From: Selaginella moellendorffii
Lineage: Eukaryota > Plantae > Lycopodiophyta
DNA: 64,000 bases
Reading direction: 5' to 3'
NCBI RefSeq assembly: GCF_000143415.4
Contig: NW_003314327.1
Coordinates: 582,775-646,774, forward strand
The position numbers and the translations under genes were made by a program. The notes beneath the pieces are model-generated. The model saw nothing but the letters and a program-made list of their open reading frames with translations, searched no databases and was not told the origin of the DNA. Of the stretch, positions 49,683-60,470 are shown piece after piece. Each line of letters begins with the position of its first letter. Positions within the stretch are counted from its first letter, which is position 1.

Positions 49683-51749
49683 CAAACTGCCACTCGCAAT
49701 GGCACTCGTAATGCCGCAACCGCTCGTAGACGCATAAACCACAGCTCACAACGCCGCTTACACAAGCAGCGCTCATTGCGCTCAGTGGAACCAAGAACAC
49801 GGCACACAAAAATGATAGACCTAGGAATGAGTTCGAGAATTCAAAAATAACACACGCTTGAACGTCACATCAAATCCTCTGACAAACCAGATCTTATGAC
49901 TCCTCTGACAAATTTCAAACTGAGTAGCTTCTAGACTTTGCTGTCGGAGGTTGAACTTTGTCACATCATGTCCTTGCCTCGATCCAGCTGTGCCATGTCA
50001 GTGATTCGAACTTTGCCATGCCATGTCAGCGATCCGCGCCAAGATTATTCGCCGTGTAAAGGAATAATTATGCTGTGTGTGTACGTCCATTTATGGCAAT
50101 ATAAGGCCACACACCATTCAAAGAATAATGCTAGTCGAGCATTTTTTGGTGCATTTTTGGGTTCAAAATTGCATGAGCCCACACGCTATAAAGTTTACCT
50201 GTACCAAAAATAGAAACAGCTTTATTTACTTGGGAATTTAAGTGGTTGAGGCATTTTTAAACTTACAAACACATGCCCTACTTACATTCCTTTGGTTGCT
50301 TAAAATTCAAAAATATTATAAACCTTTCTTTTTGCATTTTCAATGTTTTCAATTATGGTTTTTGATTTTTGCAGGACCAGCCTAGTAATCTATTTGCATC
50401 CCGTCATGTTTATAGCTAGCTTTCGTTTGTCCCCTTCGCTAGCCTGAGATACATTTGCTCGGCATCTGCCTCTTACTGCCTGCCAGAAAGGGCATCTTTC
50501 TTCACGCAGCATTTGCCACATGTTTAGGGTTTAGCAATTCAGTAGCTTGATAAACATGCAAATACAGAACTTGATGCAAAATCCTTTGATATGTCACAAT
50601 ACCCCTAGGACCATAAACACATTTCAATAGAGAGGGTCCTTTCATTTCATAACTCCTTACGTAGATCTTGGTGAAACCAGAGTTAGTGAAGTTAGTTTCT
50701 TGTGATCCTGCATCTGATTGTGATGTCCCTTTGCAGTGTCGATGGAAAGGTCAATGCACACCAAACTGTAAAATCTTGGAGCAAAATAATGGTCGGATCT
50801 ATGGCAAATGCCCCTGAAACATTGTAAGGCTCGTGTGGTCTCATGTGGTGTCCGATCGAGATGCTTCTTTGCAGGGTCATCAAGAAAGACATTGTATACC
50901 ATTCTGTAAAATCTAGTTGCGATCTAACGGTTGGATCTCCAGAAAACTCAAAAAAATCTCGCGCGTGTCAGAATATCTTAGGAATATACTCCTATGTGAC
51001 CCTGAAAATGGCATGCGGCCCCACGCCATTCAAGAGATAACGCCAGATGACGCCGAGAATTTTTTGGTGCATTTTTTGGGTTCAAAATTGCATGAGCCCA
51101 CACGCTATAAAGTTTATCTTTGCCAAATAGAGAAAAGTTTATCTGTGTCATGTGAGGTAGTTACAGTCCTTTGTGTTTGGCATCTGCCTCTTGCAGCATT
51201 TGCACTGAAAGGGAATTTTTCTCCATTCAGCATTTGGCCCTGAAAATGGCATGCGCCCATACGCCATTCAAGGAATAACGCCACAGGACACCTGGATTTT
51301 TGGGTTTAAAATGTTTAGGGTTTTTTGGGTTTTTTCAAAATATTTTGGGTCCAACGTTTTTTGGGTTTCTTTGGTTCAAAATTGCATGAGCCCACACGCT
51401 ATAATATTGATTTGAGAGAAAAATAGAAACAGATAGAATTTCTTTATTTAGCTGAACATCTGCCATTTTTGGAAATACAAGATGCTTTGGAATATCCAAT
51501 CATGCATGGTATAAATATAGCGAGGGTATTAAATGATATCCCAATCATGATCTTTCTTTTGGATTTCGCGTGCATGCAGTCCGAGGAATGATAACGTTGC
51601 GGATTTCTTTTGGATTTTGCGTGCTTGCATGCGCGCAGCAATCCAGAAATTAATGGTGGTGCCCAAGTCCGAGGAATGATGACATGGCGGGATTACCAAC
51701 CGTTGTGACATTTCGCGCATGTGAGGTTAGGTTTTGCATTTTGCTTTAT

Positions 51750-51945
51750 ACTCGCGCTTGCACACTCGCGCTCGCGCTCGCATCACACTCGCGCTCGCGC
51801 TCGCATCACACTTGCGCTCGCATTGCGCTCCCACTCGCGATCACGCTCACATTCGCGCTCATCTACCTTCTCTACAGGTTTCTCGTGTGCATCGGCGTCC
51901 ACTCGCGCTTGCATCACACTCGCGCTCGCATCGCGCTCGTGTGCA
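51750..51945. repeat. CpG-dense low-complexity array (CACTCGCGCTCGCAT-like units) upstream of the cargo gene
   Basis: Repeated CTCGCG/CTCGCATCACA units read directly. Confidence 0.9.
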
Positions 51946-52164
51946 TCGGCGTCCACTTCAAGACACACCCAGTTTGTAACTTCGCCGCCAACTCCGCCGC
52001 CCACTCCGCCACCCACACGCAGCCCACTTGGCGTCCCGGGAGATTTCAGCGCCACTCTCCAACTGTAAGTGGCAGAGTAGCCTTGCTGCTACGATCCGCT
52101 GCACACACAGTGCATATTCGCCAGCGAGTCCGGCCTCGATTGTCACGCCTCCATTCGGCTTCAA

Positions 52165-55100
52165 ATGGTAAGTCTTTTAGGCCAAGTAGAAAATGGCATG
52201 AGGCCACATGCCATTCAGTAGCAACATTGGCATGCACCGATTGGGCTCTCGAGTGCAATCCGGTTACAGATGGCGTGTAGCCTCACGCCATCTTAGGATG
52301 CAGCCTCAAGACATCTGATGCAGTGGTGAATGGCGTGTGGCCTCACATTATTTCCAGATGCTAGCTTTTCATCTGTCAGCTCTAATTGTTGTGCATTTCT
52401 GAACAGGCGAGGAATTGCGTTCTTCTTCCAGCCACTGTCAATGTGGATGCAGAGAAGGGGGAGGAGCTCACCAGTTGGACTTTCGGGATGGAAGGCGAGG
52501 ATCTGAGGCTGTACAACACAGATGGTGGGAGAAAAGAATGCATGGGGATCCTCATCCAAGTGACAGACACTCCATGCAGTTCCATGCAAGAATATGGACT
52601 GGCACTTGTGGTAGAGACAGCGTCCGCCTTCAAGATCCACCTTGCACATCCTAGCGGCTTCCTGGAGGGGGGCAGCGGCTATGAGGAATTCCTAGAGGGA
52701 GCTAGGGAGAGGTTGTCCAGGAGGCCCACAATTTCAAAGACGCTGTGGGTCTATGAAAATCACATGGAATCCACGGACCTCACCTACGGCGATGTTCAAA
52801 AACTATATTCCAACATTGAGCCGTTGAGAGTGCCTCCAGTTCGCGAAGCGAAGGGGAAGGGGGTCGATCTAGAAACTACCCCGAAGCAAAAAAGGGTGGT
52901 CAAGCTCAAGCCGACGTCCGACTCTCTTGCAGCTCCAAAAAAGAAGCTACTCGGTGATGCCATTGCCTCGGGTTCGAACACTACACCCACCAAAAAGAAG
53001 AGCCGCAAAGAGCAGAAAGAGCAAGAAGAGGCAGCAAAAATCGTCGCAGATAATAGTACTTGTTACTATTCCAACAAAGTATATACAATCAACGTGAGCC
53101 GTATCGACATCCAAAGCAAATACAACCACAGGCTAGTATCTGATGAGTGGGTGGAGAAACTGAAGCAGAAGATGCTGGCAAGTCCAGTAACACCCGACAT
53201 CGCAGACGTGATCCCCTACTACCGAACAATGAAGGGCGAGACGAGGTTTCCAGACTTGATCAATAGGAAGGTGTTGGACGATCAGAACATCCGGTTCTAT
53301 GCCGTCTCCGGGCAGCATTCTAGCTTGGCGATGCAACAGATAGTTGTGGATATTATGGTGGGCGAGGAGGTGAAGAAAGTCTTCAAGACAAGAGTTGTCC
53401 GCCTGATAAAAGGCAACTCGCCCCTCCGATCTATCATATCCATCTCCCACGCGCAGAATATCAAGCAAGAAACGTGCTACAAATCGGGTCTGCACGAGAC
53501 ATTGGCACGAACACGGAAGCTCTGGGTTCAACTGAAGAAGCCACAAAAACCAGGACAAGGACGTGCACTAGCAACTAGCGCTTGGTAGGTAAGCCTCGTT
53601 GCATGTGGCATAGCATGTGGCCTCACGCCATTTCCATTGCAGGAATTCTCGAGTCTTCTCTCGAAAACACTGGGGGTCAATGACACACTCAGCATCCATA
53701 ACATTCTACTCGCGACAAAAGTTGTTTTTGACAAATGGGTAGATGTGCTGAGGAGGTACCATGACGGGGAGTTGCTAAACTCAATGGGTGTGGAGGACGG
53801 CCGGAAGCCCAATGATTTGAAGCTCAACGCCTTGCGTTTCTCGCGGTCTCTAGACGACGACGACCTTCTGACAGTGGCTAATGTTCTTCTACGTGGTGAG
53901 GTAGTCTTCAACAAGACCAAAATGACTCCCAGCCATATTATGACATACGAGGACTTGTGCACGACTCTGAGAGCTCGTGCGCTATTGAAGGATTGGATCT
54001 TCGAGTAAGTGGCCGTGGAGAGGGTGAGCATCGACACCACGCAAGAGATGATGGAAGAGCTGGAGTTGTCAAATGAAGACATCGACGACTACGTGAAGGG
54101 GGCCCCCAAGTTCATCGATCTGCTGTGGGATGCCACGAAAAGTAAAGCTGAGAAGTTGGATCAGTATCCAAATTTCATTAAAAGGGATGTCGACCGCCGG
54201 CTTCAGAAACAGCTCGACCCCGCAGCAGAGGCCTATCGAGAACCTTACCGGGTATACGTGAATTCGGATGAGGATCAAAGGTGGAGGAGCATCGTTTCCC
54301 GCGGAGATGAGCAGGTCAAGAACATCTTTTGTGTGATGGACTTCACAAACGAGGAGATCACTCATGCAGACGAAGTCAGCTCCATCATTGACTTAATGGT
54401 GGGACTTGCGGAGGTGGAATCTTCAGTCCACTATATGATCTACGACTCCGAATCCTATCACAAGTTCTGGAAGGCCTTGAACGAGGTGAAGGCTCGGTTG
54501 AAAGGCAAGGAGATGCAGGAGATCCATGGGATAATGGCTAAGAAGAAGATACCGACGAATGTCCGCATCTTCACACTCGCCCTTGTTATTGGTCCTGCAG
54601 CAGAGTGGGACTGGAGTGACTTCCCAGCTTCGTTCGATAAGGCCGATCGAATTGATCTGAGGGAGGTCAATTTACCCGTGCCTGAGGAACTGAAGACGGC
54701 TATGGAGCTTTCGAATCCAGAGAAAGCTCCAGGTGCAGCATGGGAAATGCTCAGCTGGGTCTTCAACGCAATAGTACCTGCTTCCGACTCCAAGGGCAAA
54801 TGCGTTGTCGAGTACAACTGCGGCGGACTATTCTTTCGAGCCGCACTACTCAAGGGTGTCCCGTGTGTTGCGGTGACAAACTCCATTGAAGAGGTGACTT
54901 CAATGAAGCATATAATTACAGTTGCCAAAGAAAAACAGTATCTTCTCTGCGAACGGCTTGGAGCAATGGTGATAGAGAACCGGCCAGTCCAGGAGGTGGC
55001 TGCAGAAATCAACCAAATGGCAGATGGAACGGTATATCAGAAGCCATTTGATCGGACAGACACCAGTCATCATTTATGGCATGTATATTGTCTAGCCAAG

Positions 55101-55277
55101 CACTATCCGCATCTCCATAATCTGCTCAACCGGATGGGTTCTTCGACCACTGAACATGAGCGTGGACGTATTAGAGAAGAGATGGCATTACTATTGGGTT
55201 TAAATCCTGATAGTGTGGAGAGTGATGAAATTCCAAGATTATTGTATAGGCGTTGGAGGCAAAAAATAACAGTCTGA
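52165..55277 (+). pseudogene. Transposon cargo gene (~940 aa): ParB-like domain + degenerate DNA-methyltransferase-like fold; two in-frame stops
   Basis: ATG|GTAAG at 52165 is spliced in frame to 52407. Exon runs to 53588 (TAG at the donor), then intron 53589-53642. In-frame TAA at 54006, then open to 55277. Domain calls are by motif eye-match only. Confidence 0.7.
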
Positions 55278-58200
55278 GATGGCATGTATTTATTTAAAAA
55301 TGTAACTTATTATGGCATGGGGTTCCATGCCATTGTATTAATATTAAAAGACAATTCTTTGAGAGGATTTGCATTATACTAGAAGTGTTACAGCGTGTTA
55401 CAGCATGTTATTGGAAGTCTACGAAGTTGTTTTATTAATAAGGGGAAAGTAAAGATTGAATGGGGACTTGGGCTCCACCTAGACTCGGAACAACTGAGTC
55501 AATATTAAAAGGATGGAAAGAAATTGGACGACGATGACAAGGAGAAGAGAGAGGTGAAGCAGTGGCAGGGGGAGGAGAAGTGATTGAGTAGACATTTCCT
55601 TGTTTAAAATAAAATGGCATGTGCCTCAATGCAGTTGAATTTTGTTATATTTATATATTATATAAAGGTTTGGAAACCTTATTTTACAAGTGGGATAATG
55701 ACAATTCCCACTTTAACGAAATAGAGCTTTATTGGGGAAGGCTATTCCCCATGTCTGTGGGCATCCTAAGGATGCTAAGGAGTGGATCTGGAATGATCAC
55801 TCATGGACGGATGACTCAGTCCTTGAGAAATGGGACTGTAATGCAGGTGGTGTTAGACCACCAGTGTGACCAAGGTAAAGGGGTATGGCCTTAGCGTAAC
55901 GGGCTGATATGTCGGTGGTACCTTGGGGTGTTGGTCATGGGATCGGACACATGGAGCACTTGGATCAAGTGCAAAGGTTGAGTGGCGGGAATGCCATTCT
56001 CGGGGCTAACAAGCCCAAGTCTGAAATAGGACTTATGGAGGTTGTGAGTGAGATTCCTCCAAGTGGTTGAAAGTGTGGTTAAGTGACTAAAGTAGAATGA
56101 AAAATTTAGTCGCTTACAACTTGGTATCAGAGCTGTTCCTTAGTCCGACTCTTATTAGTGGCCAAGTATATCACCGCTTGTATTGGAATCGGAAGGTCCT
56201 AGATATGGACCTATCCTTGAGGAGTAGCATGTCGAAAGGACATGGCTCTCCACTCAAGTTCATGCATGAACTTGTGCACGGTATGATGGATGGAAAAGGG
56301 CCAGTAAGGGAACGACTTTGGGATCTTGGGAACAGTATAAGGGTTTCCTCAGAGAGCTGAGGATGTGATCCAGATGAGCGTTTGACGCAACAAACGAGCT
56401 AATGTAGTTGTGGTAAACAACTATAGTTGGGATCACGGGAAAGATGCAGACTCCAAAACAATAAAGGAGTCACAAGATTACCCTTATATGGTTGAGGCTG
56501 GTACTCATAAATTTGAGACCGGAGTTGTTGACCGTGGGAGGTCAAATACAAAAGAGGACACCAGTCCTTGAAATGGTAGTCGGGGCTACCTCTAATAAAT
56601 GTTGGAACAACCCAAGGAGTTAGGGGTGTACTTAAAGATGAGTTGCTATTCTCATCACATGGACAAGTAGTCCTAAGGGGGCAAAGGTTAACCCCAAGAA
56701 AATCATCAAGTATCGGAGTAACGCTTGCAAAGATTGTCCTTGTAAGTAGGACATGAATACAAGAAGTTGTATTCCAGTGAATTGGCACCTCTAAGACTGA
56801 GACCTCGCAGGTTGTTGGATTAGCAAAGTCCAAAATGCTGGATGACTCAAGCGGAGTCAGAGAATGGTCTTAAGGGATTGGTTGGAGCATTTGGACTGAG
56901 GTGTATGGTGCCCCATGAGGTATGGGGAGGATCATAAGATCCAAGTATGAGAACAGTAGGTATCTCATTGATGGCAGAATGTGCCATACTAAAGTTGTGG
57001 GAAAGATGTTCCCAGAAGAAAATAACTTTGGCCCAGAGTTGGGTGCAAACACTATGGTGCAGTGTTAACAGATAGTTAGTATGAGGAACAACTATATTGG
57101 TCTTGGCAAAGACCTAGACATTAATAAGTAGTGTCATAAATGTAGGCTCGTGGGGCCAATGGTGTGGAGACACCAAATGTGCCAAAGTGTGATACCTTGA
57201 GGTTATGATGGTGGGTTCATAAAAACCCCTTGCCAAGGGAATCCCAACGAAAGCGGGAATGGCATGGCCTAAGCTGGAAGGCATGCGGTTGGAGTGTGGT
57301 GACCCAGATAATGATAGAGGTGTGGAAGCATCAAGTAATGAGTTGTAGGACTTGACAACTATGGGGCAACTAAGCAAGAGGTGCAAGATAATTGGTTAAA
57401 TGGGTAGAAGGTAGACTTCTTAATGGCATAAGAAAGTTAGATATACCCTTACGGGGGATAAATTGCTTATGTTGCGAGACAGTAAGTCAATGTCGTAAAA
57501 GGAAATGCTTATTGTCAGAAGGCCATTATTGGGACACCCAAACACTCTAGAACACCAGAAGGTGGTGTTTCGTGTTGCAAGGGCAATAGATAAGGCCCAA
57601 GGGACTAAGTCCTTAGTGAATGATGGATAGTAGGTGCTATCCAAATATCCAAGGTTGTGGAGACAGGAGAAGACTATCTACCCGAATTGGACAAAGCCAA
57701 AAATGGAATTTTGGCAAGGCTAGTGATGGGCATATAAAGGCCCATAAGCAGCAACGTTAATCCTGATGTGTGGGATTATAAGGTGAGCATGCCCAAGATT
57801 GAGGAACCACTCCCTAGGCTATCGGGTAGGTTCATCCTTAAGAATACTTGCTAAAGCATAGTAAAATGTGCAAAGCTATCCTCTTAGTCTGAAGGAGAAT
57901 AACCAAAGGAAATATAGGGGGCCAAAAGGCAAGTAGTATTGGGATGGAACTGAACCATAGAAATCGAAAGGCATATCCAACGGTGGTTATTCGAGTTGGG
58001 AGTGGAGAATCAAGAGGGTGCTCGAGGATGTTGTTGCTAGCAACCGTGATGCCATGGGGAGTCTAAAATATGGAATTGTCCATGTTAGACTATATAGCAA
58101 CTATAAAGCTTGCGAAAAGGGAGGCCTTAGCAAGCTAAGGGACAGAGTTTCTTCAAGGTTCCCAAAGACGATTCTAGGTAGCTTAGTACCTAGAAATGCC

Positions 58201-59944
58201 AAGTGTAAATGGTTCATGGAACGCACGAAATCAGAGTGGCGTAGCAGAAGCATGGTCTTGAAGCTTGCCATGAGGCAAGGCTATCAAGGTTAGGGAAGTA
58301 GTTCCCGAGTGTTCAAAGAGAGAGCTTTGAACGAAAGTTTATGGTCAAGGACTTTCACGCTTATGCAGGAACCATGTTACAGTGGTTGGAGGACTTGCCA
58401 AGCGAGATTGGCAAATCGGGGGAACAAATGCCCTAGTTGAAGGTGATAACTTCAAAAAGGGTGGGCCATGGGGCCAAGCATGGAGGAGTCCATGCATGAT
58501 CACAGACTTGTCAAGTGAGAGGACTTGGCAGTGTGGAGGAACTATGTTCCTATGCTGTGATCTGTAGCGCGCTTTAAGTATAAATTGGTGCACCGGCGTG
58601 ATGAGTCACGCCAGGCATCCTGGGTGATGCCATCCGTAGATGCATATACGGAGGTTGGGTTCGAGTCCTGACCCTCTAGTGCTTGGGTTCGAGTCCCAAA
58701 TCACTAGGGCGTGGTGATGGTTTGAAATATGAGGACACTCATATTTCGGTGGTCATGGACTCTCATTGAGGAGACTGGCTTGGGCACACTGAAAGTAGTT
58801 TCTAGAAAGGACCTATGGGAGGGTCACAATGTTGGGCCGTGGAAGGGGCCCATAGCTGAAGTTGCTAAAGAGACCTACTAGGGGTGAGCACTCTCTGGAT
58901 TTGGCAAAGTGGAGCTTTGCCATGGAACCAAAAGAATACCTCAAGGAAGGAGGTAGTGATCCTTTGTTGCTTGATGCAACAATCAATGGATAGGAGCAAA
59001 AGACTAGTGGCCAAGTTTGGGCCATGGAATTTAATGGGAGGAATCCAAATGGCGAGGTTAGCCAAGGAACACTAATGTGTTTGATGCTAACGGATTGTGG
59101 GAAAGGAAATGGACTTCCAAGGTTAAATTCCCAAGTGCTCCACTTTGGCAAAGTGAAAGCTCCAAATGAGGAGCGGCAAAGTAGCCAAAGGATAGGGCTG
59201 TGGACAGCCCTGGCACAAATGATGATAATTGGAACGTAGTGCCAAGGGTGGCACAAAATAGAAAAGAGCATGATGGTGCCCTCAAGTAGAGAACTTCCTA
59301 GGATAGGGAAGTGGACTTGCACAATATGTGCAATGCAAGGTGTCGAAGACACCTAGGAAATTGACTTCAAGAAGTCAAAAGTAAATGTTCCAAAGTGCAA
59401 AGGTTATGTCGATAGAATTTGAGACTACTCGAGAAGGAGTAGTGGAATTGAGTTAGAGATGATGTCTCTAACGGGTTTAGCGAGAACTGAACCAATAAAA
59501 GGGAGCAAACCACCCCAGGTGGCCGAATGAGTCTCTATATTAGAGAGACTATGCTCCTTAGAGGATGGACAAGGCATGGTGAGCCTTTGGTGTCAAACCA
59601 TAGACAAATATTGGCTGGGTGCCAAGGATGGAACTGGTAATACATGCGGGTGTTACTTTATGAGAGGGTTTACCGTTCGATGAGGACATCGAACTTCGTC
59701 TATGGGTGGTGGAGTTGTGAGACACAAAATCCCTAGGCCCCAAAGTGGAGCCGGAAAGGGTGCCACATGGTAGTGGCCGAAGTGAAAGCCAAACGAGCAT
59801 AACACGTTTGGACTAAAAGCTTCGACTTGGAAGGTCGAGAGCGGGAGTGGAGCTCCCAACAAAGTGCTCGAGGAGCGGGCACGAGGCAACCAAAGCAAGG
59901 CTCCAAAAAGGGACCCAAAAAGGACCAACACATGAGACATGGAA

Positions 59945-60470
59945 GAGTCCGAGATGGACCCGAGTTGGAGTCCGAAGTGGAGTCCGAGATGGAGTCCGAG
60001 GTGGACCCGAGTTGGAGTCCAAGGTGGAGTCCGAGATGGAGTCTGAGATGGACCCGAGATGGAGTCCGAGATGGAGTCTGAGGTGGATCTGAGATGGACC
60101 CGAGGTGGAGTCCGAGATGGAGTCCGAGATGGACCCGAGTTGGAGTTTGAGGTGGAGTCCGAGATGGAGTCCGAGATGGACCTGAGTTGGAGTCCGAGGT
60201 GGAGTCCAAGATGGAGTCCGAGATGGACCCGAGATGGAGTCCGAGATGGACCCGAGATGGACCCGAGATGGAGTCCGAGATGGACCCGAGATGGACCCGA
60301 GATGGAGTCCGAGATGGACCCGAGATGGAGTCTGAGATGGACCCGAGATGGAGTCCAAGATGGAACCGAGACCGAGACCGAAACCAAGGCCGAGGCCGAG
60401 ACCAAGACCGAGACCGAGTTCGAGTCCGAAATCGGGACCGAGACCGAATTCGAGTCCGAGTCCGAGTCCG
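59945..60470 (+). repeat. 11/12-bp tandem array in the 3' LTR of family B
   Basis: Same units as 43220-43680, with a longer array. Confidence 0.95.

Larger units (their letters stand above)
44350..55729. mobile_element. 11,380-bp cut-and-paste DNA transposon, Sola-like, inserted in the family-B 5' LTR
   Basis: Perfect 24-bp TIRs AAGCTCTATTTCGTTAAAGTGGGA (44350-44373 / 55706-55729) and 4-bp TSD TATT. The empty site GGGGTATTGGGG is present in the sister LTR at ~61110. Confidence 0.95.

Noticed and set aside
51684-52280. 198-aa and overlapping RS/HT-rich ORFs
   Set aside because: Products of the CG-rich low-complexity array; the spliced ATG at 52165 explains the gene start better.
44576-55635. 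Palindromic repeats with unique spacers read as a CRISPR array
   Set aside because: Spacing is irregular (tens to >1500 bp), copies lie in introns and CDS, no cas genes are present, and the context is a eukaryotic transposon.
44350-55729. Classification as CACTA, hAT, Mutator, piggyBac or Ginger
   Set aside because: Termini are AAGC rather than CACTA or TGT, the TSD is 4-bp TATT rather than 3, 8 or 9 bp or TTAA, and the core motifs DN..xENKN / GHTHEDVD fit Sola-like enzymes.
58650-58710. tRNA gene or tRNA-derived SINE
   Set aside because: Only T-arm/B-box motifs are present; I could not build a cloverleaf, A-box or acceptor stem.
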